Shown here: positions 42,701 through 52,295 of the stretch, piece by piece | Numbering within the stretch: position 1 is the first letter of the stretch | Layout: every line of letters begins with the position of its first letter | Source: Candidatus Parcubacteria bacterium | GTDB lineage: Bacteria > Patescibacteriota > Patescibacteriia > CAIXNZ01 | DNA length: 64,000 nucleotides | Assembly (NCBI GenBank): GCA_026395685.1 | Contig: JAPLYG010000013.1 | Location: 387-64,386 of the forward strand | Direction of reading: 5' to 3' | Notes under the pieces: model-generated | What the model was told of the DNA's origin: nothing | The model's database searches: none | Seen by the model: only the letters and a program-made list of their open reading frames with translations | Program-made: the position numbers and the translations under genes

Positions 42701-43093
42701 TTATTTTTTATGTTTATCTGTCTGCGCTAATGATTTTTCATAAGCTATGTCCTGCGCTTTAAGCTGTTCAGCCTGTGCGATAAATTTAATAACCCCGGCG
42801 CGCAGATAATCATCCCCTTTATGCATAGCGATTTGCAGCTGCTTGGATATGAATTCTGCATGTTCATCTGCGATATAACCTTCCTGAAGAAGATAATTTA
42901 AGCGTTGGCCCAATGAATCGCCTGATCCTGCCTCAGCATTTGGAATTTGTTTTTCCAGAAACTTTCTGAGTTGTTCGGGTTTAGGATACTTTTTCTTAAA
43001 ATCATCTACCCAGGCAATAAATGTATCGGGCCTAAATTCATAATGCCCCACCTGATATTTTTTTTCATCAAACGGGATAGAGGGAAATTTCAT
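42701..43093 (-). CDS. Hypothetical protein
   Basis: 130-aa ORF tightly packed in the minus-strand run. Confidence 0.6.
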   Translation of the reverse strand: MKFPSIPFDEKKYQVGHYEFRPDTFIAWVDDFKKKYPKPEQLRKFLEKQIPNAEAGSGDSLGQRLNYLLQEGYIADEHAEFISKQLQIAMHKGDDYLRAGVIKFIAQAEQLKAQDIAYEKSLAQTDKHKK

Positions 43094-43122
43094 AATTCTT
43101 AGAATTATTAATTAAAATATAC

Positions 43123-43791
43123 TTATTTTTTATTTTTTAGGGCAAGAATTGCATACGATACAATTATCGTGATCATTAATCCGGCCGCAATAAATCCCGA
43201 TGCCATGGTGAGAAAAATCAACAAGATTCCCCACCCGGGATTTTCTTCTAAGTTAATGATAAATATAAGCGAACCGCTGATAAACGGCAAAATGAAAAAA
43301 AACAAAAAGGCAATCAGCACAGCCCTGAATACTTTATATTGACCCGGGGTAAAATTTGCCTTGGCAAATCCGTCCAAAGATTTGTCAGGGACGGCCTTAG
43401 CAGTCGGGTCTTTAGCCTGTTCTTTTTGGATTAAAGATGACTTGTAAAAATTGCCGATGAGCGCAATGATAAAAGTAGTAACAATAATTAAACCTATATA
43501 ACCTATCAAAACAGTAGAGTTTTTCTCCAAAGAAAATATCATCATCGCTATATTATTTAAACTTACAGGTAAAATTCCAAAAGATCCGATAAGGGACGCC
43601 AAAGCAGGAACAAACATAATTGCAAATAAGGCAAAAATAATAAAGATAAGAATCCGGGTCAAAATTCGAAAAATCATTAGTTTGCCGTTATCGGCGCCGC
43701 AAGACAAGCAGATTCCTTCAAAAAAATTCAGTTTTTTATTACATTTGTAGCAAGTATTAAAACTCGCATCAATACCTACGCCTGTGGACAT
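43123..43791 (-). CDS. Membrane protein with N-terminal Zn ribbon
   Basis: Start MSTGVG at 43791; CYKC...CLSC; about four TM helices. Confidence 0.7.
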   Translation of the reverse strand: MSTGVGIDASFNTCYKCNKKLNFFEGICLSCGADNGKLMIFRILTRILIFIIFALFAIMFVPALASLIGSFGILPVSLNNIAMMIFSLEKNSTVLIGYIGLIIVTTFIIALIGNFYKSSLIQKEQAKDPTAKAVPDKSLDGFAKANFTPGQYKVFRAVLIAFLFFFILPFISGSLIFIINLEENPGWGILLIFLTMASGFIAAGLMITIIVSYAILALKNKK

Positions 43792-43816
43792 AGTAAAAAT
43801 AATTAATATTAATATT

Positions 43817-44677
43817 TTAAAATTTACACACGGAAACGCACTGCAAAGTGCACATTTGCGCCTGTGGATCATGGCGGCAGGCTGATTCACATTCAGAAAA
43901 AACTCCGCCGAGCTGTTCGCACACTTGCCTGCTGATATATTCACATTCTTTATATTCAGCCAGCCAGGTGCCGTTATTTTTCTGGCAATCATTGGACTGA
44001 TCACTAACTCCCGGACACGGTGCAAATTCGCAATTCTGACCGCTGCGGCTGACAGCTGAACCATCAGGGCAAATTTTTGCTTCCTGGGTGCAGGCAATTG
44101 GCTCAGGTTCGGTATCAGAAACTACATCTGCCACAATAGAAGCGCATTGGCCGTCAACGCAGGCGCAAGTATAATTTTTCTGTTCATTCCAGGTAGCGCA
44201 ATTGCAATCTTTATCAGCCTGGCATTTTACCTCCCAGGTATTAGTTTTTTCCTCCCACGAAGGACAGCCTACTACGCATTTCTGATTATAACAAAAAGCC
44301 CGGTACGGACAATTAGAACGGGCAGCATAGTCCATAGGCAACTGGCAATCCGCGCTTTGATTACAACTTGAACCTACTGGAACTAAAACCTCAGTAAAAG
44401 TCTGGCCATTAGCTCGGCATTGCCTGGGATATGATTCCATAACCGGATTACCTGCTGCGGCACAGGATTTAAAATCAGTAATTACAGCAGCATTGCTGTT
44501 ACTCTGAGGACCTTCGGGCGCTCTGAATCGGGCAATAACAACAAAGGCAATAAGAATAGCGACAATTACGCCAAAAACAATGAATAATGTGCGCCAAGAT
44601 CCCCCTTTTGATTTAGCATATACTGTCTCTGGCTTATACGCGGACGGGTCATAATCTTTTTTTTGTTCTTCTTCCAT
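43817..44677 (-). CDS. Membrane-anchored protein built from Cys-rich modules
   Basis: Start MEEEQ at 44677; one TM; CAAAGNPVMESYPRQC and CTQEAKICPDGS modules. Confidence 0.75.
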   Translation of the reverse strand: MEEEQKKDYDPSAYKPETVYAKSKGGSWRTLFIVFGVIVAILIAFVVIARFRAPEGPQSNSNAAVITDFKSCAAAGNPVMESYPRQCRANGQTFTEVLVPVGSSCNQSADCQLPMDYAARSNCPYRAFCYNQKCVVGCPSWEEKTNTWEVKCQADKDCNCATWNEQKNYTCACVDGQCASIVADVVSDTEPEPIACTQEAKICPDGSAVSRSGQNCEFAPCPGVSDQSNDCQKNNGTWLAEYKECEYISRQVCEQLGGVFSECESACRHDPQAQMCTLQCVSVCKF

Positions 44678-44711
44678 AAACTTAGTTGTTATTATTAAAT
44701 AAGCTTTATAA

Positions 44712-45956
44712 CTAAAATGATTTATCTTTTTGCGCTGACTGCCCTGCCACAAACCCGGTGGTCCAGCAAATCTGCAGATTAAAACCGCCGGTCGGTCCGT
44801 CCAAATCCAGAATTTCACCGCAGATAAATAAATTATTGATTTTTTTGGAACGCATGGTTTGAGGTTCAACTTCATTCAGGGCAACGCCTCCTTTGGTAAT
44901 CATGGCGCGCTCAAATCCGGCCAAACTTTTAATTTTCAGCCGCAGACCCTTTATTAATTTAACCAAGGATAATCTTTCCTGCCGGCTAATCAGATTGGAT
45001 TTTTTCTCCGGATTTATCCGGCTTAATTTCAATATTACTGACTTTAATTTTGGCAAGACAAAATTATCCAGGCTATTTTTTACCTGTTTGGAGCTGGCTG
45101 CTAAAACCTGCTGTAACTTTTTATCTAAAGACTCCAGATCAGAAAGCGGCATAAAATCAACTTCTATAAATAAATCGTTAAGTTTCCCAGCGTCAATCTG
45201 ACGGCTCAAATCTAAAGTAAGCGGTCCGCTTAAACCATTGGCTGTAAAAATTATATCGCCCTGGGCGCTAGTAATTTTTTTTGCGCCCTGATAAAGGCTG
45301 AGCTTGGCAGCTTCCACGCTCAAACCTTCCAAATCTTTAATAAAGCTTTCCGCCACGATCAGCGGAGTCAGGCTGGGTGCGGGTGAAATCACTGTATGCC
45401 CTAATTGTTTGAGCCAGCCATAGCCGTCACCGCTTGAGCCTGTCTGAGGATATGATTTTCCGCCGGTTGCCAGAATATACTTATCAGCCTCAATTTCCCG
45501 GCCGTCAGTTAAAATAATTTTTTCAATATGTTGATCCTTTTTTACCAACTTTTTTACTTCGCTTTGAGTTTCAACTTTTACCTGGTATTTTTTTAGTTCT
45601 GCTAAAAATACGGCCAGCACATCCTCTGCCTTATTACTCAAAGGAAAAACGCGCTGATCATTTTCCACTTTGGTTTTTAAACCAAGGGCATGAAAAAATT
45701 CCAGAGTATCAGCAACTCCAAAGCGGGTCAAAGCGGAAAATAAAAATTTCGCCTTTGAGCCCAGGCGAGAAATAAAAGCGCGCGAATCTGAAAGATTATT
45801 GGTCAGATTACAGCGACCGCCGCCGGTTAAAAGCAGTTTAACCCCCGGCCGCGGATTTTTTTCCAGCAAAACAACTTTAGCACCCAGTTGACTGCTGGCC
45901 ACGGCTGCCATTAATCCGGCCGGTCCCCCGCCGATAATTGCAATGTCGTATTTCAT
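44712..45956 (-). CDS. HI0933/BaiN-family flavoprotein oxidoreductase
   Basis: GGGPAG, GGGRCNLTN, ATGGKSYPQTGSSGDG, GPTGGFNLQ. Confidence 0.93.
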   Translation of the reverse strand: MKYDIAIIGGGPAGLMAAVASSQLGAKVVLLEKNPRPGVKLLLTGGGRCNLTNNLSDSRAFISRLGSKAKFLFSALTRFGVADTLEFFHALGLKTKVENDQRVFPLSNKAEDVLAVFLAELKKYQVKVETQSEVKKLVKKDQHIEKIILTDGREIEADKYILATGGKSYPQTGSSGDGYGWLKQLGHTVISPAPSLTPLIVAESFIKDLEGLSVEAAKLSLYQGAKKITSAQGDIIFTANGLSGPLTLDLSRQIDAGKLNDLFIEVDFMPLSDLESLDKKLQQVLAASSKQVKNSLDNFVLPKLKSVILKLSRINPEKKSNLISRQERLSLVKLIKGLRLKIKSLAGFERAMITKGGVALNEVEPQTMRSKKINNLFICGEILDLDGPTGGFNLQICWTTGFVAGQSAQKDKSF

Positions 45957-45958
45957 AA

Positions 45959-46495
45959 TTAAATTTTTGTATTAATAGGATTATTTTGATCCTCTGCCCA
46001 TTTGGCTGGATTGGCGAAAATATAATCTCGAATTTTGGATAATTCATCGTCATTGCGGATAACACGGTCGTGGAATGATTTCTGCCAGGCGAAATTTATT
46101 TTGAATTGATTATTAATCCTCCTGGTTACGGATGATTTATATTGGAGGATTATTTTTGGTAAAACCATTTTGGTGTTCCGTAGGGAACGCAGATCTGCGT
46201 TCCCTACATTTTTACGGTATTCATCTTCATTATTATAAAATATATACAATATTCCATGAATATGGTTCGGCATCACAATAAATTCATCCAATTCACAATT
46301 TTTAAAATGTTTTGGAATTTCCTGCCAATAATCATGGGCGATCTTGCCTAAATCGTTCAATGCCTTTTCAAAATCTTTAATTTCACCAAAAAATGGCCCC
46401 CTGCCTTTTGTACATATCGTCACAAAATAATATCCAGGAAATGAATAATCATACCCCTGCCAACGATTTAATTTACGATCCTTTTTCAAAACCAT
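45959..46495 (-). mobile_element. REP-associated tyrosine transposase (RAYT, Y1 HUH) #1
   Basis: YFVTICT, MPNHIHGIL, WQKSFHDRVIR, YIFANP. Confidence 0.9.
46180..46207. repeat. GTAG-type REP palindrome inside the RAYT #1 coding sequence
   Basis: Perfect 28-bp palindrome GTAGGGAACGCAGATCTGCGTTCCCTAC. Confidence 0.9.
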
Positions 46496-47106
46496 TTTTT
46501 ATTCATCTTCTTGTTAAAATCTTTTTCCGTATTAACCACCATAAATTTATATTTTCTGGCTTCTTTTTCAATACACCTGCTTTCATACTGAATCATGGCG
46601 CTGGCTTTATCCAATCTGCCAGGCAAATCTATCCCCCCGGCCAAAAGCCAGTCCAGCTTGTCTTTTTTATTTTTGGGAATGCCCTCTTTAATTTTGGCCA
46701 AATCGGTTTTAACCAGATAAACAACCCCGATATCTTTCCAGCAAGCTGTCTTTTTCAGCTGATTGACTAATTTGGGCAATAAATGAACGCCCTCAATTAT
46801 AAAATCCTGATTATATGCCACCAATGCCTTGATCAGTCCCCGCACACCCGGCCAGATAGATTCGGATTCAATCAGCTCATTTTGCCAAAGGGTCTTGGGG
46901 CTATGAATTTCAAAAGCATAGCTACCGGCCTTTTTGAACAAAAAGAAACCTGGAAATTTTTTCTTTAATTGTGATTTTGGGGTGCTATTGAAAACAACTG
47001 TCCAAAGCCTGTCCGTAGAAAGCCAACCAATCTTTTTTCTGCTGGATATTTTCTTGGCCAATATAGATTTTCCGCACCTGGGCGCACCGCCGATTAAATA
47101 AATCAT
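46486..47106 (-). CDS. P-loop kinase-like protein
   Basis: LIGGAPRCGKS Walker A; IIEGVHL. Confidence 0.75.
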   Translation of the reverse strand: MIYLIGGAPRCGKSILAKKISSRKKIGWLSTDRLWTVVFNSTPKSQLKKKFPGFFLFKKAGSYAFEIHSPKTLWQNELIESESIWPGVRGLIKALVAYNQDFIIEGVHLLPKLVNQLKKTACWKDIGVVYLVKTDLAKIKEGIPKNKKDKLDWLLAGGIDLPGRLDKASAMIQYESRCIEKEARKYKFMVVNTEKDFNKKMNKKWF

Positions 47107-47119
47107 AATATAATTTAAA

Positions 47120-48067
47120 TTATTCCGCTCTGATTAATTTAAAATCTGCCCATTCGGTAATTGCGCCTGACCCGGCATTATTATAGGAAGTAATCCTGAT
47201 TTTAACAGTTTTGATTTTTGTCTTATCAATCCCGCTTAAATCCGTATCTAATAATTCTTTGAGATTTACGGTTTTTGTCTGCCATTCAAACATGGTGCCG
47301 GGTTCATCATGGCAAATAAACTGTTTGGGGCCAAGTACAGATTCTTTATACATGCGCGGACAATTATATAGTTCGAAATCACCGGTATGGCGCATATAAT
47401 GATAATGCCCCAATAAATTATTGGCATCTGTCTGTCTGGTGGTATGTTCGTCTGAACTATAGAATGAAATACTGAAATATACCGCGCCATATGGCCTGGC
47501 AATCTCTGTTTGCTGCCAGGACCAGATCAAATTATAATTAAAATCCGCTTTCAGATCAGCCGCACTGATATAATAGCTTTTTTCCATATAATAATTTCCG
47601 CCGTCCATGGAATTCATCAGCAAAATATCCTTCTTATTAAAAACTGACTGTTCTTCCTTGCCTGACAAAAGCCCGGGACCGCTGCTTTCATCCTGCCATT
47701 TTCCGAATTTTAAATAATGAATCTCTTCAGGCTGAACCTTTGGTTCTTCAGCAATAACATCATTAGTATTTTGATTTTCTTGCGCGACAGCAACACATTT
47801 TAATGTTGCAGCCGGACAATCACTCATACCCGCCTCAGGACACGCTCCCCACCCCATGGAAACAATCTTAAACTCATAACCGCTGGGACATTTGCAGGGA
47901 ACGGGATTAACAGCATCACGCTCATATTCCTTGCCGATTTCACAGTCATTTTTTGCTACCACATTTTTATTATCATTTTTTATATTATTAACAATTTGAG
48001 GGCCGCTACAACCGCCGATTGCGATGGCTAATAAAATAAGCCCGACGAATAATGTGATTTTTTTCAT
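47120..48067 (-). CDS. Putative lipoprotein
   Basis: Start MKKITLF at 48067; lipobox IGGC. Confidence 0.7.
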   Translation of the reverse strand: MKKITLFVGLILLAIAIGGCSGPQIVNNIKNDNKNVVAKNDCEIGKEYERDAVNPVPCKCPSGYEFKIVSMGWGACPEAGMSDCPAATLKCVAVAQENQNTNDVIAEEPKVQPEEIHYLKFGKWQDESSGPGLLSGKEEQSVFNKKDILLMNSMDGGNYYMEKSYYISAADLKADFNYNLIWSWQQTEIARPYGAVYFSISFYSSDEHTTRQTDANNLLGHYHYMRHTGDFELYNCPRMYKESVLGPKQFICHDEPGTMFEWQTKTVNLKELLDTDLSGIDKTKIKTVKIRITSYNNAGSGAITEWADFKLIRAE

Positions 48068-48077
48068 ACGATAAATA

Positions 48078-48635
48078 TTATTGATTAAAATTTTTAGGAT
48101 TATTCCGATCCTCCGTCCATTTGGCGGGGTTGCCGAAAATATAATCGCGAATTTTGGATAATTCATCGTCATTGCGGATAACACGGTCGTGGAATGATCG
48201 TTGCCATGCAAATTCCGTATGACCAATCTGGTGAATAAATTTTGATGATGTGGTTTTGAATGCGCCGATGATGTCGTAAATTGGTTTCCCTTGTAGGGAC
48301 AGGTCGCGACCTGTCCCTACAGATTTACCGTCATTGCCATCATCGGCGTAACCTGTTTTATCATTATTAAAATTATAATTAATTTCCAAAATCATATGAA
48401 CATGATTGGGCATCACCACCCATTCGTCTAATCGTATGTGCGGAAAATGTTTGTGCAACCATAATAATTGCTGTTTCACAATTTCGCCAATAGGGTTCAA
48501 TTTCATTTCGCCCCCGACAATTTCACCGAATCGGGGCTGACGGTGGTGGGTGCAAATGGTGATAAAATATAATCCGAGATATTTATAATCATATCCTTGC
48601 CACCTGTTTAATTTTCTGTCACGTTTTAAGAACAT
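48078..48635 (-). mobile_element. REP-associated tyrosine transposase (RAYT) #2
   Basis: YFITICT, MPNHVHMIL, WQRSFHDRVIR, YIFGNP. Confidence 0.9.
48293..48320. repeat. GTAG-type REP palindrome inside the RAYT #2 coding sequence
   Basis: Perfect 28-bp palindrome GTAGGGACAGGTCGCGACCTGTCCCTAC. Confidence 0.9.
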
Positions 48636-48788
48636 TTTGTTTTTATTTTTTCGCTTAAAATCGTTTATGTAAATGTTTTAAATCCGCGGACAATTTGGGA
48701 TTTAAAATCTATTTATGGCTTGAAATTTGTTATTTGGAATTTACCTTTATACTCTAATTTTACCTCTAATCTCAACCCAAGTCAAAGC

Positions 48789-48816
48789 TTGACAAAAAGG
48801 TAAAAAGTGCTAAAAT
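48789..48816 (+). promoter_or_regulatory. sigma70-type promoter
   Basis: TTGACA-16 bp-TAAAAT with TG extension. Confidence 0.65.
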
Positions 48817-48877
48817 ATGCTATTAGCTGTTCTTTCCCAAAATGCTAGATTTCATTCCAAACAATGAGGAGGATACT

Positions 48878-50233
48878 ATGACGCAGATAAGCTGGCCGAT
48901 TCGTTTACCGAAATTGATCGCTGATTTGCACCTCAAATCCGAGGTGGCGCGCCTGGTGCGTAAGGCTAATTTGGACACTGTCCAGGCAGACAATTTTGCG
49001 GAAAAAATTTTCCAAAAATATCTGCGGGATAAAAATTTCAAGGAAGCCCTGCAAATATTTCTGGATCTGGCCATTTCTATCGATATTGCCAAGAAGCTGA
49101 CTATCGGCCCAAACGGTTCGACCAGAAACAGCAATTTCATCATTCAGATTATTGCCGCTTATTTTGCCAGGCGAATATCATATACTGAGCAGGACCTGAC
49201 ATATTTAAAAGCTTTTTCTGCCCAATTAGAATCCCTGGAAACTGAGGAAAATTGGTTTTTTGCCAAAACCTTAGTTCTCCAGGAATATATGGAAAGAATA
49301 ATCGGGGCCAGACTGTATATTAAGGGTCTCAAGATCCTTAACCCTCAACTGTTTATGGAACTGAGTGCCAAAGCATTGCCTGACTTAGCCCAAGACCTGG
49401 AAGCAACTATGAAAGAGCTGACCATTTTGAAACGATATGGCATTAAAACCAGTTTTTTCCAGGACGGAGTTCTTCACGGAATAAATGAGGTTTGGGTTTT
49501 TACTGATTATCGCGACATTATAGCGGCAACCTCTTTTAAAATTTTGGAGGGAAAACCCCTGGCTCTAGTAAGCCTGGCTACCATAGCAGCGATGAAAAAT
49601 CCCTTGTCCTTGAAGGTCAGGGAGGTTGTTACCAGCGATTCTAAGGTTACCCTGGCCGGCTATGAATTAGAAGGGTTTTTATCCTGGTCAATGGATGAAA
49701 AAGCTGAATTTGACGCTTCCAGCGGACTCGGTTTATTGCCGGTCCGTGAAATATTCAGCCAGGCACAAAAATCCGACATCTACGAGATCTTCCGGCTGAC
49801 CCAGGTAATGCGGCTTTATGACCTGATTGTGCCGCTGACAGTCGTGGAACAAATGCCCAAATTGCCCAGGGTAGAAAGTTCCACCCTTAAGAACATCGTC
49901 AACCGTTTCCGGACAGCAGCCAGGCCGTTAAATCCGGACTTGCTGGTACCGCGCATCAGGACAATGGAAAATCCCAGGCATCTGATTGAGGAGCTGGAAA
50001 AAGAGGTGGAAATTGCGGAGCAGGAAACCAAAAAACGCACGCATTGCCATCATGAAGTAATTGATTTCATCCGCCGTCTGCCTCAAGGGTACAAACCTTC
50101 AGCCCGAGCCAGAGCTTTAGCAAAAGAACATCTGGGAATTGAACTGGCTGACAACGAGACTTATGTCAAAAAGCACGAAAGAGGCAAGGGATCTTCCAAT
50201 GCCGGAGTCCATCAGGCCAAACACCGGGAATAA
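48878..50233 (+). CDS. Hypothetical protein (orphan cassette)
   Basis: GAGGAGG before ATG at 48878; long ORF; terminator near 50244-50279. Confidence 0.75.
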   Translation: MTQISWPIRLPKLIADLHLKSEVARLVRKANLDTVQADNFAEKIFQKYLRDKNFKEALQIFLDLAISIDIAKKLTIGPNGSTRNSNFIIQIIAAYFARRISYTEQDLTYLKAFSAQLESLETEENWFFAKTLVLQEYMERIIGARLYIKGLKILNPQLFMELSAKALPDLAQDLEATMKELTILKRYGIKTSFFQDGVLHGINEVWVFTDYRDIIAATSFKILEGKPLALVSLATIAAMKNPLSLKVREVVTSDSKVTLAGYELEGFLSWSMDEKAEFDASSGLGLLPVREIFSQAQKSDIYEIFRLTQVMRLYDLIVPLTVVEQMPKLPRVESSTLKNIVNRFRTAARPLNPDLLVPRIRTMENPRHLIEELEKEVEIAEQETKKRTHCHHEVIDFIRRLPQGYKPSARARALAKEHLGIELADNETYVKKHERGKGSSNAGVHQAKHRE

Positions 50234-50277
50234 CCCAAAACACAAAGGCGCTCCCCGCTCAGCGGAGAACGCCTTTT

Positions 50278-50322
50278 TTATTTGAAATTTTTAGGGTTAT
50301 TCGGATCCTCTACCCACTTAAT
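50278..50322 (-). pseudogene. Relic of a RAYT 3' end
   Basis: Translates IKWVEDPNNPKNFK*, compared with RAYT #2 AKWTEDRNNPKNFNQ*. Confidence 0.7.
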
Positions 50323-50342
50323 TGATTCTTCTTTAAATGGTT

Positions 50343-50660
50343 TTATTGATTATACATCCTGTCAAAATTTTCATCTGTCATTGTTAATAAAATAATAGCG
50401 TCAACAAGGGCGACTATTGCAGGGATAAAAGTCCAGAAAAAAATCAGGTAAAGAACGCCTATTGATTTGCCGAGATAAAATTTATGGATGCCGAGACCTC
50501 CCAAGAATAAAGCCAAAAGGCCTGCTGTAATTTTGCTTTTACCCTGACCAGAAGAGCTGCTTCTTCTAGGAGGCTCCTGGGCATAAAGATTACTACCGCA
50601 ATGTTTGCATTTGATCGCCGAATCCTGGATTTCTTCGGCGCAAAACGGACATTTTTTCAT
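50343..50660 (-). CDS. Zn-ribbon plus TM2 domain protein
   Basis: CPFCAEEI...CKHC; KSKITAGLLALFLGGLGIHKFYLG. Confidence 0.9.
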   Translation of the reverse strand: MKKCPFCAEEIQDSAIKCKHCGSNLYAQEPPRRSSSSGQGKSKITAGLLALFLGGLGIHKFYLGKSIGVLYLIFFWTFIPAIVALVDAIILLTMTDENFDRMYNQ

Positions 50661-50700
50661 AGATTATAAATTTAATTTTAAAAATATTTTGATTATAATT

Positions 50701-50798
50701 GTTTATGTAAATGATTTAAATCCGCGAACAATTACTGATAACCCACGTAATGTAGGGACAGGTTTCAAACCTGTCCCTACGGTCCCCGCGGATTTAAA
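50701..50798. repeat. REP hairpin nested in an outer stem
   Basis: GTAGGGACAGGTTTCAAACCTGTCCCTAC at 50752-50780 inside TTTAAATCCGCG...CGCGGATTTAAA. Confidence 0.85.
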
Positions 50799-50970
50799 AC
50801 TCTCCTTGCGATTAGTTTCAACAATCAAACCTATTTTAAAGAATATTTTTTGCCTGCCCCTTTTGGGATAAAATTATTATTAGTTTTGATTTTTTTCGCG
50901 ATTCAAACAATTCTGTATCATAATGTTGGCGCTATAAATGTTTTGGCAAGGTGTCCCAGCTGCGCCTAAA

Positions 50971-51375
50971 TTACCTGTTTAAATAAGTGATAGTCAGTTG
51001 CAGACATGTAGCAAATGTCCCCCACAAAAGATATGGTAGATTGGCATAGACAACCCAACGAAGCTCAGGTGCGGCCTGCCAGATAGCCAGGAGAGCCCAG
51101 ATCAACGTACCAACAACGAGCAGGATATCAAGCGAAGCCAGGAGATTATTTTTAAGCCCAAACTGGATTGGAGTGAAAGCCAGATTAAAAACAAGGTTAA
51201 GAGCAAACGGTAAGGCGACTAACCAGGCCAGCTTGCCGGTAAAAACTTTATAAAACACTGTGCCAAAAGACACGATAATAATCGCATAAAGAACTGTCCA
51301 GACCGGGCCAAAGAGCCAGGCTGGTGGTGACCAAAATGGTTTAATTAATTGTGAATACTGTGTTGGTTCATTCAT
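50971..51375 (-). CDS. tspO: TspO/MBR tryptophan-rich sensory protein
   Basis: KPFWSPPAWLFGPVWTVLY, PYLLWGTFA. Confidence 0.92.
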   Translation of the reverse strand: MNEPTQYSQLIKPFWSPPAWLFGPVWTVLYAIIIVSFGTVFYKVFTGKLAWLVALPFALNLVFNLAFTPIQFGLKNNLLASLDILLVVGTLIWALLAIWQAAPELRWVVYANLPYLLWGTFATCLQLTITYLNR

Positions 51376-51385
51376 AAAATTTAAA

Positions 51386-51874
51386 TTATTTTATATAACT
51401 ATCAAAATAAATAGCATGACAAGTATAGCCGCCAGGGTTTTTTTGCAAATAGTCCTGATGATACTCTTCAGCCGGCCAGAACTTGGTAAACGGCTCCAGG
51501 GTGGTAACCACCGGCTTTGGCCACCTTTGGGAATCATTAACTATTTTTATAAAATCCTGGGCCTGTTTTAACTCCTGCTTATTTTGGTAAAATATAGCGC
51601 TTCTGTATGATGGGCCTTTATCATTGCCCTGTTGATTGAGTGTAGTCGGATTATGAATCCTAAAAAATAAATCCAAAAGCTGCCTAAAGCTGATTATCTT
51701 GGGATCATATTCGATTTCCAGGGCTTCAGCATGGCCGGGATGATTTTCATAAGTCGGCTTGGCGTTTTGACCGCCGGTATAGCCGGCTGTAATATTCAAA
51801 ACACCGGGCTGTTTTCTCATCAATTCTTCCAAGCCCCAGAAACACCCGCCTGCTAAATAAGCTTTACTGATCAT
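51386..51874 (-). CDS. msrA: Methionine sulfoxide reductase A
   Basis: GGCFWG, YRSAIFY, AEEYHQDYL. Confidence 0.95.
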   Translation of the reverse strand: MISKAYLAGGCFWGLEELMRKQPGVLNITAGYTGGQNAKPTYENHPGHAEALEIEYDPKIISFRQLLDLFFRIHNPTTLNQQGNDKGPSYRSAIFYQNKQELKQAQDFIKIVNDSQRWPKPVVTTLEPFTKFWPAEEYHQDYLQKNPGGYTCHAIYFDSYIK

Positions 51875-51875
51875 A

Positions 51876-52238
51876 TTATTTTTTGGCAATAAATTTTAAG
51901 GAGATGGAATTGACGCAATGGCGGATATTTTTCGGAGTCAGCTGCTCGCCTGCAAATACATGCCCCAAATGCGCGCCGCAACGAGCGCAGGTAATTTCTG
52001 TCCGAATGCCGTCAGCATCGGGTGTGCGTTTGACTGCCCCGGGTATTTCATCATCAAAGCTCGGCCAGCCGCAAGCGCTGGCAAATTTAGCCTGGGAATT
52101 ATATAACGCTGCATTGCATTGCCGGCAGACATAGACACCAGGGGCTGTGTTGTTTACATACTCGCCGATAAAAGGCGCTTCAGTGCCTTTGTCAATTATT
52201 ACCCGCTTTTCAGCTTTGGATAGTTTATTTAATTGCAT
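51876..52238 (-). CDS. msrB: Methionine sulfoxide reductase B
   Basis: GTEAPF, CGWPSF, HLGHVF, RHCVNS. Confidence 0.95.
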   Translation of the reverse strand: MQLNKLSKAEKRVIIDKGTEAPFIGEYVNNTAPGVYVCRQCNAALYNSQAKFASACGWPSFDDEIPGAVKRTPDADGIRTEITCARCGAHLGHVFAGEQLTPKNIRHCVNSISLKFIAKK

Positions 52239-52295
52239 AAAATGTTTTAGACTGCACCTTTTGGGGATGAGATTTTATTTTTGGATTTTTAGATT

